From Marsupella aquatica (taxonomy: Eukaryota > Plantae > Marchantiophyta), in assembly GCA_973895155.1 (NCBI GenBank), contig OZ316893.1, positions 23,210,015 to 23,274,014 on the forward strand: 64,000 nt of DNA. The letters run 5' to 3'. Below the pieces are notes generated by a model that saw only the letters and a program-made list of their open reading frames with translations, was not told the DNA's origin and did no database searches. Position numbers and translations under genes: made by a program. How positions within the stretch are numbered: the first letter of the stretch is position 1; the number at the start of each line of letters is the position of its first letter. Positions 42,601 through 54,600 of this stretch are shown here, piece by piece.

Positions 42601-45600
42601 GGTCATCTTCAAGATGTTAGCCGTGTTTGTGAACCAGACAGAGGCTCAGCTGAGGACTCGTCTATTCCCTATTTAGCATTTTTGTGGGTCAGTCAGGCCC
42701 TGCTGATGAGTACTACAAGCCTTCCAAATTTGTACCATGTTTGTGGGTTAGAGCCCTCAGCTGATGACTACAGTCCTGTACTTATCTTCCAAATGTTTAC
42801 CGCGTTTGTGGGTCAGTCAGACAGTTCGTCTTGTACCTTCATTTAAGTACTGATTAAGTCAGCGGCCCCTCAAATGGATGAATTAAACCTTGCAAAAACT
42901 TGCTCTCATCAGTACCTCCTTAGGTCCGTTTACTAGTAATGTTCCAAATTTCTATTAATTTGAAGGTAATGTAGAAAATGTACTTAATTTTTTAAGTTTC
43001 TGCATATGTTCACTGGATGTTACGATTGTTTCCAATAAAATTGTAATTGCAACTTAGGTCCAAATCGTGAGTTTCTTTAGTGAGTGATTGATTCATTGAT
43101 GAATATTGATTGACTCAGGTAAACAACTGCGTCATCGATTGGCTAACGCCGTGGCCGGAAGAAGCTCTGCATTCAGTGGCAACAGTATTTTTGGCCGAGT
43201 TGGACATCCCAGATGAATATCGACCTGTGATCTTGAGTCACATCGTGATGGTGCACATGTCGGTGTGCAAACTCAGCGTGGACTTCGTCGAGCAAACTCG
43301 GCGTACCAACTATGTCACACCCAAAAACTTTCTAGATTACATTGACAGCTACCGAGTCTCACTCACCAAGCGGCGAACCTTCAATTTTGCGCAATGCAAG
43401 CGCTTGGATGGAGGCCTCTCAAAGATTGCTCAAGCCAAAGTGGAAGTTGCTCAGATGCAAGTAAGAATCTGTTTACAAACATGAAAGTGTGCTCCGTGCC
43501 AGACCAAAGGGCTGCTCAAATGAAGAACCCTCCTGTCCCTTTCATCCACCCAATTCAACTTGAAACACGAATGACTCCCAATGATGGTTAGTCTTGTGGG
43601 AAAACGATCAATCAGCTACTCATCCAATAGGGGGATGTACTGAGATGTTGATGTTGCTAAACAATGACCACCCAGAGAAACAAGAGATAACTCTATGAAC
43701 GAAAAACGAGAAAACTCTGAACAAAGACAGGAGGACAACAGTATCAATGTTGTAAGAACTGCTCCTAGTTTTACTTTAAAGCTCTAACGTGGAAAGCCAG
43801 AGAACCTATTGTTCATGAGGATCTTTGGGAAAGAACCTGAAGATGGCTGCGGTACGTTGCAGGTTACTATAGCAGAAGCAAAGGTGATTGTTGATGCAAA
43901 GACAGCTGAATGTAATGCTTTGCTGGAAGTAATAAGGTACATGCAAATTTCATTCCCAACATCAGAAAATTGATTTTAATCACTTTTAATGGTTTTTGAG
44001 GGCAAATTGCTGACAACAAGACTCTCACGCTTATTTCCAGACTAGACCCAGGACCATGGCACTCTGTAGACAGCTCAAAAATGTTTGATAGATTTGTAGT
44101 CACTGGAAAACATGCTGGTTCATTTTGAAAAAGGAAGTACGCCAGTGGGACTACTGCACTTGTGAATAGCAATAGAATTCACCTACGCACAGGCCCTGAC
44201 GCTCCTAAATGCGAACGGTGTCCAGCAAGAACTCGGACATTGTGAACTCAAAGCAACAAATTGCACTGGAAAAGCAAGAGTCTTTGTCGGTGGAGAGTGA
44301 AGTGATTGCACGCCAGAAAAAAGAGGCTGAAACAGCGTTGGCCGAAGCCATTCCAGCTCTGGAAGCAGCGGCTGAGGCTCTGAACAGCTTGAAGAAGGAG
44401 GAGATCACAGAAATTCGGTCCTTTGCGAAACCAAACATTTATGTCCAAAAGGTCCGACTCTTCTCAGCCTACAGGGACTCTGCGAAAATTTAACGATCAT
44501 ACTGGTTTGAGTCCAAATGTTCTTGGCAGCTACAATAGACATATTTCCATGCAAGGTGATCACTTTGTGCGTGTACAAGTTCTCAGTCCGTTCCATACCC
44601 TCCCACAACGCAATTGCCTAGTTTATTCTATTCTATTCTATTCGATTCGATTCAATTTTGCCCCTCCTTTGCAAAATGCAAGCGTTCTAGCGTGAGTTGA
44701 TCTCCAATGGCTTCCTAACAAGCTCTCACTTCCTTCAGCGAATATAATGAGTGTTGAACTCTGTTCCATCCAATTACAAGCTTCGATCATCGATTCCTTG
44801 ATGCCAAGCTCGGTTATCCAATTCATCTCATTAACATTTGGAACGACTAACGAGCTGATGCATGGGGTTTGGTTTGTGTCAGGTTTGTGAGTGTGTGGTG
44901 GTCTTGAGGGGTATCAAGGATGTGTCATGGAAGGGCGCTAAGACCATGATGGCAGACAACCAATTCTTGAAGACATTGGTAGAATTCGAGAAGGACAGTA
45001 TAACTGAGAAACAGGTCCGTGAACACCATCACAATTTGTCCACACATTTGAATTTATACATCTGTAGATCAAAATCTCACTGTAAATTCTCCCGGATAGT
45101 TTGGGTCGGCACTGCAATCTCTACAACGTTGATGATGACCACCATGGCTTGCGGTGCATCAGGAAAACTCGTAAAGCAATTAATACTAAATGTCTAGTCT
45201 AATTAAGCACTAGTTCTCCTTGACAATTGAGTATATGTGACTCTAGAATCAATTTATTCTTTCATTACGATAGAAGAGGCCAACTGGGTCATTCACGTGC
45301 AATCAGAGATAACTAACCAATTGCTCTCCATTTTCGTGGCTCTCTGTGTGAGAATATTGGAGCTGGGGCATTGCAGACACTGCTTTCCCTCTTCTGCTCA
45401 GTTGGATCAAACCTTTCTTTTGTTTTATTAGCTGCGTCCCGAGTTTTTCTACTCTTTCCCTTATCGTTGCGGAATTTACCCATCAAACAGAACTTACAGG
45501 GTAAAGAAGTTACAATATAGGATGTTTGTGATCACTTGAAAACTTGAATGGAAAAATAAGCCTAGAGATCAAACGAAGTACACAAGGCCCTAAACCACCG

Positions 45601-48600
45601 CATGCGAATTTTCGAAATACGGTAAAGGACCTTGCAGCTAACTAATTGAACCGGAAAATGCACACCACTCAATAAAGGATGAAAAATTCAATAGAAGAAT
45701 TAAAAATTTACAAGAGAGACTCAATGAAGAAACTGAAGAAACCACCTCAAAATCGCCCCAAAAGAGAGCATCAAATACTGAAACAAAACAAAACAAAACA
45801 AAAACTACGATTCGAAGTACTGCTTTGAGACTAGTGTGGTCCCTTGCAGATGAGGGTCTTACGCGAGTACTTCAGAGATCCGAACATGTCATACGAGAAC
45901 CTGCAAACGATCTCAACAGCAGGAGCAGGTTTGCTGCGGTGGGTGATTGCCATGATGAACTACTACGCCATCTTCCGAATCGTGGCCCCAAAGCGCGCGG
46001 CTGTTGCAACCGCTGAAAGGAATCTTGCAAAGGCACAGAAGGAGCTGGATTTGATCCAGACCCAGGTAGCTCTATGCTCTATGAACTGCCCCCCACTCGT
46101 GTGCATGACGCAATAAAATTCTGTTCTCCACAATTGGTGCATTGTTCATCTGCATTCTTGTCCCCTTGCATGAGCCCTGTCAGCAGCGACGCTCTCCAGA
46201 TGTCTAAAGAGGGTGGAGGTGGACTAGATTCCAAGCTTCCAACTCTTCTGTGACATCAGTTCAATGTCGAAATGCTGATTGAGTATGTGGTCATCAGAGC
46301 AAAGGTGTAAGACAGAACCTTGCAGACAGAACATTGGAAACAACGAAAGACACCCATTGGCCAAATTGGTAGAAGTTTGCCTCTGGGCCAAGGAATTGAA
46401 CACTGTGCTCAATGATCAATCACCCGCCCCTCAATCATGTGGGTCCCATCGTAAAAAAGCTGCCCCTCCACAATCATTGTAACCATCCCCAAAAAGGTTT
46501 TGGTTTTGTGGTCTGTTCGTGAACCATCTTTGGTGCCAACCAACTTGGAAACTTGGGTTGGTTGAGGGTTTCGACTTTATTTTGGCACTTGGCTACTTTC
46601 AGTGGGGAACCAAAATTGTCCTGTGTGTTTGTTATGCCTGAGGAAGGTTTCTCTTAGGGAATAAGAACCTGTTTGCCAAATACTAACTTGAAAACTTGTG
46701 TTGGTTGAGGGTTTCTACCTTATTTGGGCACTTGGCTACTTTCAGTGGAGAGCCAAAGTTGCTCTGGTTGTTTGTTCTGCCTGAGGAAGATTTCTCCGAG
46801 TGCAGAAGAACCTGTTTGCCAGATATTAACTTGAAAGACTTGGGTTGGTTGAGGGTTTCTACCTTATTTGGGCACTTGGCTAGGTTCAGTGGAGAACCAA
46901 AATTGCTCTGGTTGTTTGTTATGCCTGAGGAAGGTTTCTCCTTGTGAATAACCCGTTTGCCTGACTTGAAAAGTTAGTTGGTTGAGGGTTTCTACCTGAC
47001 TTGGACAATTGTTGGCCACTTGCAGTTGAGAGCCAAAATTGATTAGGTTGGGTACTATGCCTCCTACTGAATAATAACCTGGTTGCCAGATACTAACTTG
47101 ACAAGTTGGGTTGGCTGAGGGAACCAAAATTGTTGACGTCGTTTGTTATGCTTTAGGAAGGTTTTCTCTAGTGAACAGCATCCTGTTTGCCAGATACTAA
47201 CTCAAAAAGTTGAGTTGGTTGAAAGCTACTACCATGTTTGGAGAATGGCTACTTTAGATGGAGAACCAAAGATGCCTAGGTTGGTTGTTTTGCTTGAGGA
47301 GGGTTTTGCCTAGTAGGTGATAAACGTTTGCCAGGTAGTGACTTGAAAGCATGGGTTGATTGGGAGTACTCTTGAAGGGTTAATTTAATGTATTTTTTGG
47401 CATGCCATGTGCTATCTTGGCCTAATATAAATAATCTTTTATTTTAACATTAGTGGCCTGTTATACTCTATGAATGGTATATATTAGAGAACATTCTCCA
47501 AATTTGAGTTGATAGTACCTTGTTTTGTAATTTTGCAACTATCACTTGAATATATACTTATTTTCACTTGCAGCTGGTTCCTATGGATTTCCATAGTCAA
47601 CACCGCCCCCCCCCCCCCCCTCCTCCTCCTCCTCCTCCTCCCGAAGTAGTACTCCATTTGAAAGGTGCTGCAGTGTTTTTTAAATAAACAAAGATAAACC
47701 AAACTGGGAAACAAGCTGACTTGACAGGGTGGGTTGATTGAAGGTTGCTACCTTGTCTGGACAATTGGCTACTTTGAATGGAGAACTGGCTGAGGCAACA
47801 GCAGTGCAGCAAGATCTGAAGAGCAAACAAGACCTCATGGAGAAGCGAATTGATGCAGCATCAAGACTCATATCTGGGCTAGGGTCGGAGCAGGAGAGGT
47901 GGACAAAGGAGCTCGAAGACTTAGGGGAAGCTCGCATAAAGCTAGTTGGGGACTGCCTTGTATCATCTAGCTTTCTCAGGTGACTCCATTTTATTGTGCT
48001 CTTTTCATTTCCATTCTTTCCAAGTATGATATGAAACACTGCTAGGAATACATATACATGCCAATGGAGGAATTTTTCTCTAAACCTACTGAAAATTGAG
48101 GGGGATATACCAACCACATTAAAAAAAAAATTTAAAAAATTTAAAAACAGCAATTCCTGACCATCTGCGTATGCCTCATCTTGCTGATTAGATGTCCTAC
48201 ATATTAATATTTAATTATTGCTCTTATCCTCTCTCTCCCGGTCCTCTCTACTTACCTTTTGGCTTATTTGTTTTTTCTGCTCTACTTGCTTATAGTATGA
48301 TCACAGGTATGATCACCTAAGTTTTTAAAACTTCTGCCATGCCGGCAAAAACGACTTAATTAGATCTCCCTAGGTGGTTGCTAAGTCAACACAAACACAT
48401 GACTCGTACCTCTAACTCTGATTGCAATCATCAAACTATGGTGCCGTTTAGCTTTACGAGTTTTGCTGTTTGAGTCAGTGATGTGTACAATCTACTCTAC
48501 TAAGTTTAATATTAGCGTATTCCTTGAGGAAATAGTTTTGACGGGATTATATAAGTTAGTTGAAACTTTTAAGAAGCTTGTTAGCGGGCTTGTTAGGTAT

Positions 48601-51600
48601 GATTTGAGGGTTTTCTAATTTTGCAATGGAGCAAGTTGAAAGTTTAGGATCACCTTTCAAAGTCTGAGGAGGGCTTTGAGTGCCAAAGATGGTCTGATAA
48701 GTTTGAGAGAACCACTTTCTCCCCCACCCTCCCTCCTCCCATCAACAACAACAAACAACTCCTATCCAAAGGTTATCATATATTGTTACTTAAGCACTAT
48801 GAGTGCCAAAGATGCATTATTTTGATGGGTTTGAGAGGACCGCTTTCTCCCCCCTTCACTCCCTCCCTCCCCATCATCAACCACAATAGATCTGATATAG
48901 TGTTCTACTAAGGTTAAGAAAGCAAAATTACAGCATTCTAGCTCCCATTTAGCCTTGGCTGTGTCTGGTTCATTTTTAAGTGTACTCTTTGGCTGCCCCA
49001 TATTCCAGTGGGTAGGCCTGTAGTTTCTTTATGGTAAACCAGCTCCTATAGTGGGACGTACAGTGTGAATGAGCCATGACAATCTCTTGAAGGTTTCACA
49101 CGGTTTTTTCCTTCTCTCAATTTATTCTTAGACTTCACATTAATATCAACCTGGTCTAACTTGCGAATTGTAGCACACACGTTTACAATCTAGTTTGTGT
49201 ATAGCATAAGTTTTTACCTGGCTTATCAAATATGCAGCGTATCAACCCCAGTATTGTCTAAAGGTGTTAGAATAAGGCTTCAGAATACTCTCCTCACTTG
49301 GATGGGAATCCACACTATTCTACTTAAAACTATGACACTCCTTTTGTTTGACAATAACACCAAACCTTCTAAACACAAATTACCCACTTCAACAATCATA
49401 ACCTTCAAAACGAGTTGCAATGGAGAGCTGAAATTTAAGAGTCTCATAATCTTCATTGTCTTTTCCAAGTGGGCGAAATTGCAAGTACAAATGACCTCTT
49501 CATCTTCAGAATTATCTCATATTTAAGGCTACGCATTTGTTTTTAGAATTGTTGCTCTTGTTGTTGGATAGGCTAGCTACGGAAGATCAAAAGAAAAAGT
49601 CATAGTTTCATAGCCTGTTGACACCATTAATTGAAAATCTTGTCAATTGCAGCTACTGTGGAGCGTTTACGTTAGACTTTAGAACAGAGATGGTCCAGAA
49701 AATCTGGCATGCAGATTTGGTGACAAAAGAGGTTCCAGTAACCAATCCATTTTCGCTTGAGAACTTTTTGACAAGTGAAATTGAAATCAGCAAGTGGAAC
49801 AGTGAAGGGCTGCCATCCAACGAGCTTTCCATTCAAAACGCCATTCTTACGACCAGAGCTTCTCGATTTCCCCTTTGTATTGACCCTCAATTGCAGGCAA
49901 GTCATGAGAAAGAGCTCTCGTTCCATCCCTAGTGTTAAGCACATGTTGAAAACTTCAGAGAAAGTAAACAACAAAGGATGTCCTCTTATGTGTTCGTTCA
50001 ACACTAAAATTTCCCAAGCTTCCATTTAAGAAGTTGGCGCAGACTGAAGGAAGCAATCTCTGTTTAGTAGAGCACATTGCAGGTCCAGAATCGGAGCCGC
50101 GGGATGGTCACGAGCTGCATCACCATGGTTGAAGTGCCGATATATTAGGAACAGATACATGCAAAGTCTACCTAGAATCTCTCTCTGAATCTCGGCTTCG
50201 ATATTAGATCATGTCAAGTGTAATATAATATGCATGGGTAAGCAATAATATGCATGGATCTCAAGCAAATAATATGCATGGATCTCAAGCAATAATATGC
50301 ATGAACACAAAGTATGGATAATTCAGATGCAGTTCACTCGTACTCTCTGTTCATGCAAATTATTTTATGGGTCTCAAGCAAGCTGTAGCAGCTTACCCAT
50401 ACTATTACTGCTTACTCATGCATATTATTTTACAATTAACCTTGAGACCCATGCACTATTATTGTATACCCATGCAGTATTATTGCCTACACCCAGCTTT
50501 GCTTGAGACCCTGGTCATGTTCTCATGTCCGTGCCTGATTTAGTTTGCTGCTTCTTGTTGACAGGCTATCAACTGGATCAAAAGGAAGGAGGGCAAACAA
50601 CTGGAGGGTCGAATTAGAACGTTCAATGACTCTGATTTCCTGAAACAACTGGAGCTTGCAATTCAATATGGATTCCCTTTCCTGTTTGAGAATGTTGATG
50701 AGTACATAGATCCTGTAATCGATCCTGTCCTGGAGCGTACATTCACTGCTGCAGCAGGAGGCAGAAAAGTGGTGAAACTTGGTGATAAAGATATTGAATG
50801 GGTACTGCCTCCTAACCATTTTAGAAGGTCTTCTACGAGTGAGTGGAAGGATTACATTGTTTCTGAGCCAGGGAAGGAATAGACAAGATAGATTATCACT
50901 CAGATGCTCGAGCAATTTTGCAAAAAGGATGGATGGTCTGTGCAGCAAAATTCAAAATAAGAAATACGTACAAAGCCCTGAAAACTGGCTGAAAACCACA
51001 GAGAAATTAATCTTTAAAAGAGAACACATGGTATGTAATGATCTGCTATTATTACGTCCTAGTCTGCCAGAAAAAAAAGCAACACAACAGTAAACCCAAT
51101 TCAAGCCCAGTTGTGTTATAGAAGGAACAGTTGTGTGCTCTATCACTGAAACATTTGCGTGAGACTCATATGTTGCTCAGGATGACAATTTCCGACTATA
51201 CTTGGTAAGCAAATTACCGAATCCTGCCTACGGACCAGAGATTTCTGGGAAGACAATGATCATCAATTATAGTGTAACCGAACAGGGCCTTCAAGCACAA
51301 CTTCTCAATGCCACGGTAAGCTTCACTCTGTACCTTGATTTAAGGCATGCACAAAAGATTGGCTGTTTCCATAATGAAAGTTCTCTCGGTTTCATATTGC
51401 TCAAAGCGTAATTATCCCACTCAATGTGAAACTTTGTATGTCAAGAGGCTCTTATCTGTGCTGCTGATGATAACAGAACCGATGTATCTTGGTGTAAGGT
51501 CATGATGCACCGCTTTGAATCCACAGATTATCACATATCTGCTTTGATTCGCATGCCCAGGTGGCTCATGAACGACCAGATCTTGAGGAGCAGAGGGAAA

Positions 51601-54600
51601 CTCTAGTCAGGGACACCAGTGAGAATAAATCACTTCTAAAACAACTGGAGGACACCCTGCTTCGGGTAAGCTGACGCATACTGAGCACAAATTGGAATAA
51701 AAACTTAAATATGCTCAGACTTCAATTCTTCCCTTACAAGGGACAAGAACGGATGTAGTTCAAATCTCTTCTAAAAATTCTGTTGGCGTAATTTTCTTGC
51801 CCTCTACCTTGTTTATGACACGGGAAGCGTGCTTGCCTTGATTCCTGTTTGTGTTTGATGTAAGTAGATTCTGTTTGCAGAGGAACTAGACCTTTGTGGT
51901 TGGGGTTCTGTCAAGTTCTAATGGGAGAAAGTAGAATGAAAGCACCAAGGCAGCCGGTGGAGACCTTACTAACATAGCTACAAGAAATCAAGTCCAAGAC
52001 AACCATGACAATCCATGTTGAATTTCCATGAACAGGAATTGAGCAATGCCACTGGAAACATTCTAGACAATGAGGAGTTGGTAACAACGCTGGAGAACAC
52101 GAAATCAAAAGCGACTGAGATTTTCTCAAAGTTAGCAATGGCTCGTGAGACAACGAAGGAGATAGAGACCGTGAGTCAAACCTCATAAGACATCCCACTC
52201 CAGTCCTGTATAGCACAGTGTCTCTCTCTTGTAGTGAACATATTATTTGTATTCTTCCTTTTGGTGAATTTCTGAGTAACTTGAATTGTCATTGAGCAAA
52301 CGGAAAGCCAAGCAGAGTTTGATACCTAACATTGAATACTTCAACCTTGTCAAAATATTTCAACGAGGAGCTCATTCATCAAAAGAGATATTTTTTCTTG
52401 TGTTGCAGCTGCGGTCCCGGTATTTCCCAGCAGCCAAGCGGGGAGCAATTCTGTTCTTTGTATTGTCCTGTCTCTCGGCCATTAACAACATGTATGAGTA
52501 TTCTTTGGGATCATTTATGGAAGTCTTCACAATTTCTCTAGACACCAGCCCAAAAGCTTTATCACTTGATGGTCGTCTGAAGAATATCATTGAAGCATTG
52601 ACGTATGACATATACAATTATGCCTGTACTGGGTTGTTTGAAAAGCACAAATTGATGCTTTCCTTCCAACTGACCATCAAGATTCTTGACGGTGAGAAAG
52701 AACTGAACCATGCTCAGTTAGACTTCTTCCTGAAAGGAAATTTGTCTCTGGAGAAAGCTGAGAGATTGAATCCATATCCAGAATGGCTGCCAGAGCAGGG
52801 CTGGCAGGACATGATGCGTATGATTGATCTGGGTAAAGAGTTTGCAGAATTAGTAGAACATTTTGTAGAAGGTGAAGGCATCTGGCGAAAATGGTATGAT
52901 GAGGAGAGACCAGAAGAGAAACCTCTCCCAGGAGGATTCAGTGGCAAGCTCAACATCTTTGAGCAGCTGCTAATCCTACGCTGCTTCCGAATTGATAGGA
53001 TCACTGTTGGAATCACGGTAAGTAATCGCTTCTTGAGAGTCACTCCACTATTAGACATAATTGTCAGAATCCCTGGTGTGACCACCACCGCTACGGCGCC
53101 TCAGCAAATTAAAACAGTGGACTTAACTAAGGGTCCTTAAATTTGGCACAAGTTGCACGAGATTAACACAGTAATATATTGCACAGAGATTATATAATTC
53201 AGACTTGTGTACGTATATTTTTATTCATGTTTTGCGTGGGTTTCAACAAACTGGACCATGATTTTGGGGTTTGAAGGCTGACTTTAACTGGGTGTGGGTG
53301 GGGAGAAAAATGCACATGGACTTACTCGAGCAAGAGAATGCTGTGCTTGCCCTGTTTGTAGCTCGTTCTGAGTTGCTCTACCAATATAGAAAGCCAAGAA
53401 TCCAACTCTTATAACTGTTACAACAATCTTTCCCTTCAACGCATTGGATTATGTCACTGTTTCCATAAGTCGAAATGGCATGCCCATTTGGTCAAACCAA
53501 ACGTGACCCCAACAATTTCTAATGTTTGTGCAGCGTTATGTCATGGACAAAATGAGTGAGAAGTACGTTACACCGCCTGTGCTGGATTACAGAACTGTAC
53601 ACCGTCAAAGTTCAGCCATGTCACCGATAGTGTTCATTCTGAGTCCTGGGGCAGATCCTGCATTTGACGTCTTCAATCTCGGAGAAGCAATCGGATTCAA
53701 GCCGGGCGTGAAACTGAAGTACATGTCTTTGGGGCAAGGAATGGGTCCAAAAGCTGCAGAAGCCATTGAAGTGGGCTCAAGTCGAGGGTTGTGGGTGATG
53801 CTACAAAACTGCCATCTCCTTCCTTCTTGGCTGAAAACTCTCGAGAAGATACTGGAAAAGCTTATTAAACCACATGCTGACTTCCGCCTGTGGCTGACCA
53901 CTGAGCCAACTGAAGCTTTTCCTCTTGGAATACTGCAACGAAGTTTGAAGGTAGTGACAGAACCACCCAATGGGTTGAAGTTGAACATGCGATCATCTTA
54001 TGCAAAAATTACAGAAGAGAACCTTAGTGAATGCCCTCATCAGGCATATAGACCACAGGTACAATTACCAAACCATCTTGGGAATCTCATTATGTAATTA
54101 ATCCAACCACAACAGTAGATGAATGCGTGCAAAGCCAGCGAGTCATCAGAATCGCACCAAACAAACACTGGCACAAATTAGAGGAACCTCCCGTGCTTGA
54201 AAGTCATCGTATTGCAATCCGAATAATTGTTCCCTTCCCTGATAAGAAGCAGAGTAGAACAAAGTGTGGTAGAAAGTAGTTAAACGCAGAAGGTAGAAAA
54301 CCTCAAATTAATTTCTTCAGACAATCAACTATGCGTTGTAAAGCACTCACCAGCGGCTAAAAATCTCGGCAGCTCTTCCTGATCGATTTCAAAAAATACC
54401 GCAGGTATTCGTGGTCGCGTTTTTTCATGCTGTGGTGCAAGAGCGCCGCAAATACGGGAGACTTGGTTGGAATGTTGCATACGATTTCAATGAAACAGAC
54501 CTTCGAATCAGGTGCCCAAAACTATGCCTCTCTGGTTGGTTATAGGTGCATTTCCTTTCTGAACAAGAGTAGCAACTTATCTTCAACAATGATTTCTACT

